DNA of 64,000 nucleotides from Candidatus Nomurabacteria bacterium. GTDB lineage: Bacteria > Patescibacteriota > Minisyncoccia > Phycocordibacterales > UBA918. The position numbers and the translations under genes are program-made. The stretch spans positions 930,713-994,712 of the forward strand of contig JACKGF010000001.1 in the NCBI GenBank assembly GCA_020632095.1, in the 5' to 3' direction. This document shows, in pieces, positions 18,507-27,997 of the stretch. Numbering within the stretch: the first letter of the stretch is position 1; every line of letters begins with the position of its first letter. The notes beneath the pieces were generated by a model that was given only the letters and a program-made list of their open reading frames with translations, did no database searches and was not told the DNA's origin.

Positions 18507-19148
18507 TTGGAGCTATTGCTCAAAGGGGGTGTTGTGAATACAGAATTTTGGGGATACTTATCCGCAATCATAGTTGGTATTAGTGGTGGGTATTACGCCT
18601 TCCGTGCTTGGCAGGGTAAAATTTATCCCAATCCCGTTAGTTGGAGTGTCTGGGCTGTGGTAGGTGTAGCGTTGTTTCTGACCGCAGAGGCATCTATGAT
18701 TGACGCAGTGTACTTCAGTACTCTTGTGTCGGCTTTTAATCCGGCATTGGTGGTGGCTGTCATAATATGGCGTTCTAAATCAAAAACCTATACTATGGCG
18801 CCACATGAACAGAAGTGTCTAGTACTTGCTTTGATAGGGTATGCTTTTTGGTTTTGGGTTAAAGATGAGCCTAGCGCCGCAACTTGGTCAATGTACTGGA
18901 TGATCGTTGTCGATATCGTTGTGCTTTGGCCGACCTTTAAGCAAGTGTTGGCCGACCCGATGTCCGACAAGCCTTTGCCTTGGATAATATTTGGCTGGGG
19001 CTTTCTTTTGTCGGTGTTGGCTGTAGAGGAAAACACTTTTGCTAACCTTGTTATACCTTGGTACATGTTCTTGGGTTCACAGGCAATTGTTATACCAATG
19101 GTCGTCAGGCGTATACGCCGACGGTCTCCGCTTGCGGAATGGGTGTAA
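18507..19148 (+). CDS. hypothetical multi-pass membrane protein
   Basis: 213 aa, 6-7 hydrophobic helices; candidate promoter TTGACT-N17-TATAGT at 18447-18480. Confidence 0.45.
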   Translation: MELLLKGGVVNTEFWGYLSAIIVGISGGYYAFRAWQGKIYPNPVSWSVWAVVGVALFLTAEASMIDAVYFSTLVSAFNPALVVAVIIWRSKSKTYTMAPHEQKCLVLALIGYAFWFWVKDEPSAATWSMYWMIVVDIVVLWPTFKQVLADPMSDKPLPWIIFGWGFLLSVLAVEENTFANLVIPWYMFLGSQAIVIPMVVRRIRRRSPLAEWV

Positions 19149-19156
19149 AACCCTAA

Positions 19157-19200
19157 TCGCCTCTCGAGATTTTTTCGAGAGGCGGTTTGTATATTTTTTT
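19157..19200 (+). terminator. rho-independent terminator
   Basis: cgcctctcgagattttttcgagaggcg hairpin followed by T7. Confidence 0.6.
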
Positions 19201-19260
19201 AGGGTCATACAGATACTTCTAACCCTTTAGTCTTAATCGAAATCTTGGTAATATATAGCA

Positions 19261-19632
19261 ATGATTCGGCCGATGGTTTTAATATTTGTTTTGCTGGGAA
19301 CTGTCTTTGCGGGAGTGCATCTGTTTGCTACTAAGGTGTCTTTGTATTGGTACTATTGGTGGTTTGATATTATGATGCATTTTTGGGGTGGAATACTGAT
19401 TGGTCTCGGGGTGCACTCATTTTGTACATTTAGTCGCATTAATCTAAAACCAACTCTCAAACTAGTATTGTTCACATTGCTACTAATTACGGTCACTTGG
19501 GAGGTGTTTGAGCGTCTGACAGGGCTTTTTGTCACAACTAACTACCTATTTGATACAGCTAAAGACATCGTTATGGGCTTCAGTGGGGGATTACTCGCAC
19601 ATATTATTTTGAAAAAATATACAATAGGCTAA
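19261..19632 (+). CDS. hypothetical small membrane protein
   Basis: 123 aa, 4 predicted TM helices. Confidence 0.4.
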   Translation: MIRPMVLIFVLLGTVFAGVHLFATKVSLYWYYWWFDIMMHFWGGILIGLGVHSFCTFSRINLKPTLKLVLFTLLLITVTWEVFERLTGLFVTTNYLFDTAKDIVMGFSGGLLAHIILKKYTIG

Positions 19633-19633
19633 T

Positions 19634-20995
19634 ATGAGTTCAACAATAGGTTTTTATGGAGGAATCGGTTCAGTGACGGGTGCAAACTTTATGCTAGATA
19701 CCGGTGAGCTGGCGGTGTTGGTGGATTGCGGTTTGGTGCAGGGTGATAAATTTGCTAAGGAAATAAACGCAGAGAAGTTTGTTTATGATCCGAAGAAGGT
19801 TGATGTTTTGTTTTTGACCCACGCGCACGCTGACCATATTGGTCGCGTTCCTAAGTTGGTGCGAGATGGTTTTCGCGGCCGGATTTATTCTACTCTACCA
19901 ACGCGAGAATTATCCGAAGTGATGTTTGACGATGCTTTTTATATTATGCAGTATGAAGCGAAGCGAGATAATCAAGAAATGATGTATAGCCAAGAAGATA
20001 TCGAGTTGGCTTTATCTTTGTGGCACGTGGTTGGTTACCATGAAGCGATTGATCTTGGTGACGATGTTATCGCTACGCTCACCAACGCCGGCCATATACT
20101 CGGCTCAGCCATGGTTAACTTCGAACGTCATGGCAAGAAGGTGGTATTTACTGGCGATATTGGTAATGTCCCACAGCCCCTAGTCGACCGACCAGAAGTA
20201 CCTACTGGTTATGATTATATGGTGATGGAAAGTGTTTATGGAGACCGCGTGCATGAGGAAGTGGAAGAGCGCACTGCGATTTTGCAACACCACATTGAAG
20301 AAACTATTCGCCAAAGCGGAACGCTTATCATTCCAGCTTTTTCACTGGAGCGCACCCAAGGGATTTTATTTGAAATCAACAACATGATTGAGTCGGGTAG
20401 GGTGCCGGCCATCAAAACATATCTTGATTCACCACTAGCGATAAAGGTGACAGATATCTATCAACATTCCACCGCATTCCTTAAGCCAGAAGTACAAGAT
20501 CAAATCAATGGAGGAGATGATATTTTTTCTTTTGAAGGTTTGTCTTTTACTGAGACAGTCAAAGAGTCTAGTCAGATTGATAAGTTTAAAGGTCCGAAGA
20601 TTATTATCGCTGGTTCAGGTATGAGTCACGGCGGCCGGATTCGTGGACATGAGCAAGAATATCTTGATGATGCAAACACCACTTTGCTTTTAGTTGGCTA
20701 TCAGACCGTCGGTAGTGTTGGGCGATTGTTGCAAGATGGTGCCAAGAAAGTTTGGATAGATAAAATGGAAGTGAAGGTCAAGGCCAAGATAGCGACTATC
20801 AGAGGCTTCTCTGGTCACGCCGACCGTAATCAATTAATCGACCTAGTACACGGTGGCGCCGAAAACGCCAAGCAGGTGTTTGTGACCATGGGGGAGGAGC
20901 GCGCCTCACTTTTCCTGACTCAACGCTTACGTGATTACTTGGGAGTAAACGCAATTACACCCGAGCCGAACGCTGAGGTGGAGATAGATTTCTAG
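19634..20995 (+). CDS. MBL-fold metallo-hydrolase, beta-CASP RNA-metabolising family
   Basis: LTHAHADHIG HxHxDH motif, 453 aa with beta-CASP-like C-terminal half. Confidence 0.6.
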   Translation: MSSTIGFYGGIGSVTGANFMLDTGELAVLVDCGLVQGDKFAKEINAEKFVYDPKKVDVLFLTHAHADHIGRVPKLVRDGFRGRIYSTLPTRELSEVMFDDAFYIMQYEAKRDNQEMMYSQEDIELALSLWHVVGYHEAIDLGDDVIATLTNAGHILGSAMVNFERHGKKVVFTGDIGNVPQPLVDRPEVPTGYDYMVMESVYGDRVHEEVEERTAILQHHIEETIRQSGTLIIPAFSLERTQGILFEINNMIESGRVPAIKTYLDSPLAIKVTDIYQHSTAFLKPEVQDQINGGDDIFSFEGLSFTETVKESSQIDKFKGPKIIIAGSGMSHGGRIRGHEQEYLDDANTTLLLVGYQTVGSVGRLLQDGAKKVWIDKMEVKVKAKIATIRGFSGHADRNQLIDLVHGGAENAKQVFVTMGEERASLFLTQRLRDYLGVNAITPEPNAEVEIDF

Positions 20996-21032
20996 GTCCC
21001 GAAAAGCTTTAGTGACTAGAATGAATAAAAAG

Positions 21033-21066
21033 AAAGGCCGGCGCTTTGCGCCGGCCTTTCTTTTTC
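21033..21066. terminator. bidirectional hairpin terminator
   Basis: aaaggccggcgctttgcgccggccttt flanked by A-run and T-run, between convergent genes. Confidence 0.65.
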
Positions 21067-21083
21067 TAAAGTCTCCCTTAAAA

Positions 21084-21431
21084 TTACTTACTCGCTTCGG
21101 CTACGATTCGGCCAAAGGCTTCTGGGTTTTCAACTGCGATGGTGGCTAGCACCTTGCGGTCTAGTTCAATATTGCGGTCTTTCAAAGCTTTGATGAATCG
21201 GCTGTACTTAAGTCCAAATGACATTAAAGCGGCGTTGATTCGAACTGTCCAAAGTCGTCGGAAGTCGTTCTTCTTGTCCTTACGGTGAGCAAAAGCGTAG
21301 AGTTGTGCGTGATAGATTGCTTCGCGCGCTACTCGCTTTTTCTTTGAGCGCTGTAGACGATACCCTTTAACTTCATCAAGAATATTACGTCGGCGCTTTT
21401 GGGCCATTAGACCTCCTTTTACACGTGCCAT
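21084..21431 (-). CDS. rplT: 50S ribosomal protein L20
   Basis: MARVKGG...RRRNILDEVKGYR classic L20. Confidence 0.9.
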   Translation of the reverse strand: MARVKGGLMAQKRRRNILDEVKGYRLQRSKKKRVAREAIYHAQLYAFAHRKDKKNDFRRLWTVRINAALMSFGLKYSRFIKALKDRNIELDRKVLATIAVENPEAFGRIVAEASK

Positions 21432-21454
21432 ACTTGTTTGTTATTGGTTAATAA

Positions 21455-21646
21455 TTAAGCGCCGGTACTTGGTAGAAAGCGACGAGTGATACGCTTACCC
21501 AAAGTGAGTAATTGTGTGCGCTTTCGAGCTAGACGTTGCTGACCAGTTTGGCGGGCATTAAAGTGGTTTTGACCAGGCCGGCGAGCAACCAGCTTGCCGT
21601 TTTTGGTGACCTTAATGCGCTTGGTAAATGATTTGTTTGTTTTCAT
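21455..21646 (-). CDS. rpmI: 50S ribosomal protein L35
   Basis: MKTNKSFTKRIKVTKNGKLVARRPGQNHFNA; the track ORF is longer, true start set at MKTNK. Confidence 0.8.
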   Translation of the reverse strand: MKTNKSFTKRIKVTKNGKLVARRPGQNHFNARQTGQQRLARKRTQLLTLGKRITRRFLPSTGA

Positions 21647-21833
21647 AAAATTCGAATTTTTTGATCGGGCTTCGGCCACAGGGAAATGGCAAAGTGGGCA
21701 AAATATACCGCATTTGGTTGATAAAGTCCAGCAATATTTACATATATTGGCTATCTTCAATACATAATATAGCAAATATGATTGATTAGAGACAGGAAAG
21801 CCTAGCAGTAGGCTAGGCTTTTCTTAAATCATC

Positions 21834-22574
21834 TTAAATCATTCCGTTTTCTAGGAGGTCGTCCAGACTCTTCTTTTTGGACTTGGTGCCTGACTTTTCT
21901 TCGGTCTCCTCATCATCTTTCTCCTTTTTTTCAGTCTCGTCTTTACGGATCACCTTTGGTGGTTTTTGCACTTTTGTACCAGGGATGCGCTCGATGGTGG
22001 TAGTGAAGCCTTTCGGGCTTTTCTTGATAGGGTCAGCTAGTTTGTATTCAATCGGGATAATTTTTAGGAAGCGTTCGAGACGTTCTTTAAGAAAACCAGC
22101 TTCCATGTATTTATAGCGCCCCCACAGGAATAGATCGACTTTTACACGGTGACCTTCTTCTAGCCATTCTGCAATACGCTTGGCTTTGAGTTGTTGGTCG
22201 TGGTCGCCAGTACCAATCTTTACTTGAGCACTCTTGGTTTCTGTCACATGAGCTTTGGACTTTGCTTCACTCGCCTTGCGCTTGGTGTCATAACGATATT
22301 GACCGTAGTCCATGATTTTGGCGACTGGTGGCTTGGCTTTAGGCGAAATCTCAATCAAGTCGAGCTTCATCTTCTCGGCTTCTTTGAGTGCGTCTGTCGT
22401 GGAGAGGGTACCGAGATTTTCACCTTTTGGTCCGATGACGCGGAGTTCCGAAGCACGAATAGCGTGGTTAATTCTGGTCCGAGTATCTTTACCTGAAAAT
22501 GTTCGATTGGGTTTTTGCAATGTAAATGGGTTTATGAAATAAAATACACGGCCTTCCGAATGAAAACGGTGCAA
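21834..22574 (-). CDS. infC: translation initiation factor IF-3 with Lys/Glu-rich C-terminal tail
   Basis: RINHAIRASELRVIGPKGENLGTLS...ISPKAKPPVAKIMDYGQYRY; the IF-3 start is probably a non-AUG codon inside the track ORF, so the 5' coordinate is uncertain. Confidence 0.8.
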   Translation of the reverse strand: MHRFHSEGRVFYFINPFTLQKPNRTFSGKDTRTRINHAIRASELRVIGPKGENLGTLSTTDALKEAEKMKLDLIEISPKAKPPVAKIMDYGQYRYDTKRKASEAKSKAHVTETKSAQVKIGTGDHDQQLKAKRIAEWLEEGHRVKVDLFLWGRYKYMEAGFLKERLERFLKIIPIEYKLADPIKKSPKGFTTTIERIPGTKVQKPPKVIRKDETEKKEKDDEETEEKSGTKSKKKSLDDLLENGMI

Positions 22575-22642
22575 TAATTAAGAAAATGTAACATATAAAG
22601 GCCGCTTTGCAAGGAGGTGGGTAAGAATAGGTGGCAAAACGC

Positions 22643-22677
22643 TTGACAAATACCTGACACTATGCTACTATGGTAGG
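22643..22677 (+). promoter_or_regulatory. sigma70-type promoter TTGACA-N17-TACTAT
   Basis: Exact -35 TTGACA, 17-nt spacer, TACTAT -10 read directly from the sequence. Confidence 0.5.
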
Positions 22678-22882
22678 TATAAAGTTTTTTATGTTCTTAC
22701 TGGCATGCCGCCAAAGGAGGTGTTATGCGAAGATAGTTTGAGTGCTGGCCTTGACCAGCCCAGGGGTCACACAGGTACCAGGTCGCGTGCTATGTGTGAA
22801 AGCACCTCTGTCCGAGCAACCCTCGGAAAGTCTTAAGCTAGCTTAAATAAAGGTCAGTATGCAATCGTGTACTGACCTTTTT
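22678..22882 (+). ncRNA. candidate small RNA, about 200 nt (unclassified; SRP-RNA-like UACCAGGUC motif)
   Basis: Consensus promoter upstream, multiple internal hairpins, ends in ggtcagtatgcaatcgtgtactgacc plus T5 terminator; no protein gene downstream on this strand; contains a 3-codon ORF (AUG CGA AGA UAG) behind a perfect AAGGAGGUG SD. Confidence 0.35.
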
Positions 22883-23033
22883 CAATATTTAATTTTTAAC
22901 CCTGTACTAAAAATATCTTCTGAGCCTTTGTGTAAATCGATAGCATAACAGGCGTGGTTTCCTTTGAGGCTGGTTTGACGAGTATTCTGGATCAGGTCTA
23001 GGCTATTTAGATTGAGGTATTCAGGTTTCTAAA

Positions 23034-23804
23034 TTACTGACTTGCTTCATCGACCTGAATTTTTAAACCCTCTAGGAGTTGTTGGTCGTACTCACTTCTC
23101 TGTACTTGATATGATATAAAGTAAACCCCAGGGGTTACAAAAGTGTGTTGTAGCTTATTGGTTCTGAGACATTTCTTACCGCTGGAATCGAACTGTTCAC
23201 ATTTTACTTCAAGTGCTTGGCGGGTTCCGTTCTCTGCAAATTCAATCGTTAAGTTGTCATATTGGCTACCAGGGTGAATTACTGAGAAAACTACATTAAG
23301 TGGAGCTTCACCTGCTTCAGTGTTTACTGTAAAGACAGGATTTGGTGAATGGAATGAACAATAGGTCATGTCTCCATTGCGAGATGACATGCAATCATTC
23401 CATAAAAAAGACTTTGCTTCTTCCTCAGGAAGAGCTCTTGTATACCAAGGTAGCCATTCACATTTGTAGTTTTTGATTGAATTTGTAAACTTGTTTTCTC
23501 CTACTAGATCATTGCAGTGTGAGCCTTTAAAGCTACCTCCTGTAATTCCTCCCACGATACCAAAAAACAAATTGTTAACGAACAGTACAACAAAGATGAT
23601 GGTCATCGCTAAGGTTCCAAAAATCACTTTAAAAATCAATTTTGGTGGATTTGTTAATGCGATGTAAGGTAACGTAAAGAGTGCTAGTTTGAATAGTGTG
23701 CCATTGATAAACCCTAGAAACATCGGACTGGACACACTTAAATTAATTGCTATCACGGTAGCAATACACCAATAAGATATTTTAAATATTTTAGCTTGAT
23801 TCAT
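23034..23804 (-). CDS. hypothetical membrane protein
   Basis: 256 aa, several N-terminal TM helices, Cys-containing extracellular domain. Confidence 0.4.
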   Translation of the reverse strand: MNQAKIFKISYWCIATVIAINLSVSSPMFLGFINGTLFKLALFTLPYIALTNPPKLIFKVIFGTLAMTIIFVVLFVNNLFFGIVGGITGGSFKGSHCNDLVGENKFTNSIKNYKCEWLPWYTRALPEEEAKSFLWNDCMSSRNGDMTYCSFHSPNPVFTVNTEAGEAPLNVVFSVIHPGSQYDNLTIEFAENGTRQALEVKCEQFDSSGKKCLRTNKLQHTFVTPGVYFISYQVQRSEYDQQLLEGLKIQVDEASQ

Positions 23805-23809
23805 TGCGC

Positions 23810-24400
23810 CAGCCTAAACCACCGCCTCCGGCGGTGGTGATCAAAAAAAAGGTTCCACCAGTCTATCTAGTACTATTAACATAGCTCCAGTGATGAAGGC
23901 ACTGAAGCTATGAAAACACAATATAAGAAATTGTCACACACCGTATGGCTGTGTACTTATCATATCGTATTTTGTCCTAAATATCGATATAAAATCCTAG
24001 AAGGAAAAGCCGAAGTATTGGTACGAAACTACTTCTACCAACTCTGTGGAAGAAAAGACCAAGTAACGATTGAAGAAATAAATATCCAACCAGATCACGT
24101 CCACATGATAATCTCCATACCACCAAAATACTCCATTTCAGATATGATGGGATACCTGAAAGGAAAAACTGCTCTCAAATTATTTCAAGAACAAAAAACC
24201 ATGACCAAACGATACTGGGGAAGACACCTGTGGAGTCGTGGGTACTGTGTATCCAGTGTGGGTCTGAATGAAGAACAGATACGAAAGTATGTGAAATGGC
24301 AACAAGAACGAGATTCTAAAGGTTAACATTAACCACTAATAATTTATGCCTTCTAGGCTGGAGTTCATACCACCGCTTTTAGCGGTGGTTGTTGATTAGT
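23810..24400 (+). mobile_element. IS200/IS605-family insertion sequence (tnpA only), apparently intact
   Basis: tnpA flanked by subterminal hairpins accaccgcctccggcggtggt (about 23826-23848) and accaccgcttttagcggtggt (about 24372-24394). Confidence 0.7.
23910..24326 (+). CDS. tnpA: IS200/IS605 Y1 (HuH) transposase TnpA
   Basis: 138 aa; YHIVFCPKYR, HVHMII HuH motif and catalytic-Tyr region RGYCVSSVG. Confidence 0.8.
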   Translation: MKTQYKKLSHTVWLCTYHIVFCPKYRYKILEGKAEVLVRNYFYQLCGRKDQVTIEEINIQPDHVHMIISIPPKYSISDMMGYLKGKTALKLFQEQKTMTKRYWGRHLWSRGYCVSSVGLNEEQIRKYVKWQQERDSKG

Positions 24401-24464
24401 AAATTTTATCACAAGAGCACAAGGTACGTCTTTCATCACTGTTGGTGACAATGAAATCGCTCTG

Positions 24465-26141
24465 ATGAAGCGTATTTACCTAGCCACTGACCTGCCCACA
24501 GGTCACATTATTGGCACCGGATCACAAAAAGGAAAGAAGGCCGAGACCATTGGTCCCGGGTTTCATTTCTCCTTCGGTCTGAATGTTCTTAATGATGTTG
24601 AGAAGGTGAAAATGATTACTGTGAGACCGGGTAATTACCGTACTCTGTCTGCGCGGGATGGTAAGCCTTTGCCTCCTGGTGTCACTTACGCACCAGCATT
24701 TCAGTCTCAATTGAACACGTTTCTCGAAGCTGATGTTTTTCTGAGTACTCAGGAACCGCATATTGGTTTCAAGGGTCCGCAAGCAACGGTTCTTCCTCCT
24801 GGCACTTACCGTGTAAACACGTATCTGTGGGATGTGTCAGAAGACCGTAGGGCGACTGATGTTGACCAAGGATTCGTGGGTGTTGTGAAATCAAATGCAC
24901 TTACGGCAGTGAACTTCGGTTCAGCTATGACCGCTGCGTTCCCTGAGTCAGGGAAGTGTGTAGCTATTGAGGATAACTCACATGGTTCAGGCGCATTGTC
25001 CAGTCCTCTGATGCCAGTTGGTTGTATTGGTATTTGGAACGAAGTCCTTCCTCCTGGAAAATACTATGTCAATGAAGATGTGTTTACGGTAACTCCCGTG
25101 GATATTCGTGTTCAAGCATGGGAATACAAAGGTGGATACCTCAGTCGTTTTGTAGATTTGTCAGTAGATGCTAAGGGTGAAATTACTCAGAAACCGCGAC
25201 AGGTTGAAGTGCCTAAGCCCGAAGGTGCAGCTGATGAAGCTATCGGTATCAAAATCGAAGGCTACACCATCCATCAGTCACTTCGTGTGCTGGTTCAGGT
25301 GACGCCACAGAATGCCCCGTTCATTGTGGCATCAGTAGGTAGTATGAAAGAAGTTGAGGATCGCATCATCACCCCTGCGGTGCAAAGTGCGGTTCGTGAC
25401 CTTTCTGGTCAGTTTATCACTGTGACGGAAGCTGTTATCGATCGTGAGACCGGTAAGCCAAAGCTTGATGCTGATGGCAACGCTGTGACTCGTGAATCGC
25501 GTCGGCCGGTTGCGCCGCTTGATCTCATCGAACGTCGTGGTGTGCTTCAAACAGTTGCTGAAGAGCAAATCAAGCCCGAAGGTGAGAAGGCTGGTGTTTC
25601 CATCCGTGAGGTTCGCTTCTTGCAGCCTGACATGCCGCCCGAGGTGCTCATTCCTCGCAAGCGCCAGCAGTTGGCGTTTGAGATGATTGAGACCTTGAAG
25701 AAAGAGCAACAAGCTCAGGTTGAGCGTATCGCCAAGGCAAACGCTGAAGCAACTGCTGAACAACAACCAGCGCTAGTGGAAGCTCAACAGGCGGTGAAGA
25801 TTGCCGAGCAGTACAAACAAAAGCAACAACTGCGCGGTGAAGCTGACCGTAAATATCTGGAGCAAGTTGCTGCTGGTCAAGATGCACAAGCAAATGTTCT
25901 TGGTAAAGATTTGGTTGCTCGATTGAAGATGATGGAGCTTATCTTGGAGAACCCGGCAGCTTTGGCCAGTTTGGGCAAAACAGTTCCGAACATCGTCGTG
26001 ATGAGTGGCGGCGGTAAAAGCGGTATCGGAGGCATTGGTTCTCTGGAAGGACTAGCTGCAGTTCTAAGTGGCGGCGGAGTCCTTGGTAGTGAAGGGGTAG
26101 GACTTTCGGCTCAAAAGACTCAAAAACCAGTAGCACAGTAA
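24465..26141 (+). CDS. SPFH/band-7 (flotillin-like) domain protein with C-terminal coiled coil (putative)
   Basis: 558 aa; central region and a long Ala/Gln/Glu-rich coiled coil resemble flotillin-like proteins; no N-terminal TM detected; start uncertain. Confidence 0.3.
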   Translation: MKRIYLATDLPTGHIIGTGSQKGKKAETIGPGFHFSFGLNVLNDVEKVKMITVRPGNYRTLSARDGKPLPPGVTYAPAFQSQLNTFLEADVFLSTQEPHIGFKGPQATVLPPGTYRVNTYLWDVSEDRRATDVDQGFVGVVKSNALTAVNFGSAMTAAFPESGKCVAIEDNSHGSGALSSPLMPVGCIGIWNEVLPPGKYYVNEDVFTVTPVDIRVQAWEYKGGYLSRFVDLSVDAKGEITQKPRQVEVPKPEGAADEAIGIKIEGYTIHQSLRVLVQVTPQNAPFIVASVGSMKEVEDRIITPAVQSAVRDLSGQFITVTEAVIDRETGKPKLDADGNAVTRESRRPVAPLDLIERRGVLQTVAEEQIKPEGEKAGVSIREVRFLQPDMPPEVLIPRKRQQLAFEMIETLKKEQQAQVERIAKANAEATAEQQPALVEAQQAVKIAEQYKQKQQLRGEADRKYLEQVAAGQDAQANVLGKDLVARLKMMELILENPAALASLGKTVPNIVVMSGGGKSGIGGIGSLEGLAAVLSGGGVLGSEGVGLSAQKTQKPVAQ

Positions 26142-26205
26142 ACCTCTAGTGAGGTAGGTGGTGAGGGGTACAAGCCCCTCACTATCAGAAATATATGAAA
26201 CATTT

Positions 26206-26240
26206 ATCTCGCGTTCCTACGCGAGATTTTCTTTTTTTCT
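26206..26240 (+). terminator. rho-independent terminator
   Basis: atctcgcgttcctacgcgagat hairpin plus T-rich tract. Confidence 0.6.
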
Positions 26241-26428
26241 GATGCATATTTTTAGTTAGGTGCTACACATAGACATACTCATATAAAATAAATAACTAGT
26301 TGAATCGAGAGAAAACCCTTTACAAACCACCTATCGTGTTGTAATTTAGGTCAAAGTCTGGGGCTGGTTTTGATTGGCTCTAATTTCGTTCTTAAATCAA
26401 AGCAGTACTTCTTATCAGGAGAATCACC

Positions 26429-27151
26429 ATGAGTGATAATAAACAAGGAAAGACTCGGCAATCACCTTTTGTGAAGTTTTTAGTTCGTTCGGCGTCGGGT
26501 TGGCCGGGGGTTTGGATAGGGGCGATTTTCATTTTTTGGGGATTTCAAACGTTTTCTTTCTGGACGGTGGGCGCGGTAAGTGCAGCATTGCTCACCTTCT
26601 TTCTCTCGTACTCCTTCGGTGAGATTGTAATCAAGCCGGAAGAGTTTCTCGACAGAGCAACGGAGGACCCTTTTTACTACAAGGCTGTAAATGCGGAGGG
26701 TTTGTTGTACAAGTCTAAAGGACAGTCTGCAATTCTAAAGGTGTTCAATCGTTGGGCGGAGCCTGTTCAACAGGAGTTGGAGGAGTGGATCCGGAAACAA
26801 AAAGCGCGCGAGTTGCTTTCTGAAATGGATTATTGGTCAGGGCTGGATGACCGTCTTGACGGTGTGATTGATGCTCTGGCTCTCGATCCAACTTGTTTGG
26901 ATGAAGCGTTAGTTCGCGTTCAATCACTTATACGAAAAGACACAGAGAGACAGAAACAACTTTTGGATGCTCATGCAGTCAGAGATTCAGAACTCAGTTC
27001 TGATAACCGGTATGTACAACAAGCACGAGAATACATATCGGCAAACAATATGAAGCGTTCGATTGCAAGTGAGGCCGAAACAATGCTCAGAAAGATTGAA
27101 GAACGGCTGGCTGTCTATGAGAAAACCGGCACCTACCCTGCTTGGGAGTAG
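26429..27151 (+). CDS. hypothetical membrane-anchored protein
   Basis: 240 aa, two N-terminal TM helices; GGAGAAT RBS. Confidence 0.4.
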   Translation: MSDNKQGKTRQSPFVKFLVRSASGWPGVWIGAIFIFWGFQTFSFWTVGAVSAALLTFFLSYSFGEIVIKPEEFLDRATEDPFYYKAVNAEGLLYKSKGQSAILKVFNRWAEPVQQELEEWIRKQKARELLSEMDYWSGLDDRLDGVIDALALDPTCLDEALVRVQSLIRKDTERQKQLLDAHAVRDSELSSDNRYVQQAREYISANNMKRSIASEAETMLRKIEERLAVYEKTGTYPAWE

Positions 27152-27168
27152 TTAGGCTCCGTATCACA

Positions 27169-27204
27169 CCGCCCTCAACGAACCGTTGGGAGGCGGTTCT
27201 TTTT
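27169..27204 (+). terminator. rho-independent terminator
   Basis: ccgccctcaacgaaccgttgggaggcgg hairpin plus T-run. Confidence 0.6.
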
Positions 27205-27372
27205 ATGTTTGGTTAAGAAGATTAAAGCTTTGATTGCTCAGATTTTAGCTTTAGTGTCGGTGATGTAACCTGCCACCACTTTTTATGGTTGTATTTTATG
27301 GTGAGCCTGGATAGTTTTTGTCTGGCTTGAAATTTAGTTCTAAATGAGTAGCCTTTTGCTAGGAGAATTGTT

Positions 27373-27843
27373 GTGAATATAGCAAAACTTAGTAGTTCAT
27401 TCAAGATTTTCTCTACTATGATGGGTTGGTGGAGAATGTTGGGTATTTATGCTCAGCTTGCAATTCTTTCGCCCATTTTGGTTTTTGGGATATTTCCTCT
27501 GATACCAATTGAAGTTTGGTTATTGTTTGGAGTTAGGACGTCTCCAGAATTGTATTCTGAAAATAATTCTGGGGTTAAGTGCGCATTCGAAATACTTTTA
27601 TTGCTTGGTTGTTTTATTCCGTTGAGTGAAGTGTATCACTATGCTGTGCGTGAGCCGAGGATGTTTCTTGATGAAATCAATAAAACTTCCTCTAGTGAAG
27701 TTTCAGAATCAGAAAGCAAAAAAATGGAAAAGATTCTTAAGATAGCCGAGAAGAAGCTACGGAATGCTCCTTTCTTAGCCTACTGGGCGACACCTGTGCA
27801 TGCTGGGTTAAGGGGCTATCTTGGATACAATAAAAAGAAATAA
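27373..27843 (+). CDS. hypothetical membrane protein
   Basis: 156 aa, 3 TM helices. Confidence 0.35.
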   Translation: MNIAKLSSSFKIFSTMMGWWRMLGIYAQLAILSPILVFGIFPLIPIEVWLLFGVRTSPELYSENNSGVKCAFEILLLLGCFIPLSEVYHYAVREPRMFLDEINKTSSSEVSESESKKMEKILKIAEKKLRNAPFLAYWATPVHAGLRGYLGYNKKK

Positions 27844-27902
27844 AATAAGAATAGTAAGGTTATAACAAATAGTAGAAGAAAACAGTATATAAGATTATAT
27901 GT

Positions 27903-27945
27903 CGCCTCTAACAAATTGTTGTGAGGCGGCTATTATTTTTTTAAA
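27903..27945 (+). terminator. rho-independent terminator
   Basis: cgcctctaacaaattgttgtgaggcgg hairpin plus T-run. Confidence 0.55.
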
Positions 27946-27997
27946 ACCCCACCTTTACGTATGTAAAAGCGGGGTTTTGGTGTCTGTATAGTACTGA

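Noticed and set aside
22678-22882. Calling the sRNA candidate definitively as SRP (4.5S) RNA
   Set aside because: Only the UACCAGGUC segment matches; I could not find the conserved GGAA tetraloop/AGCAGC helix-8 arrangement, so the class is left open
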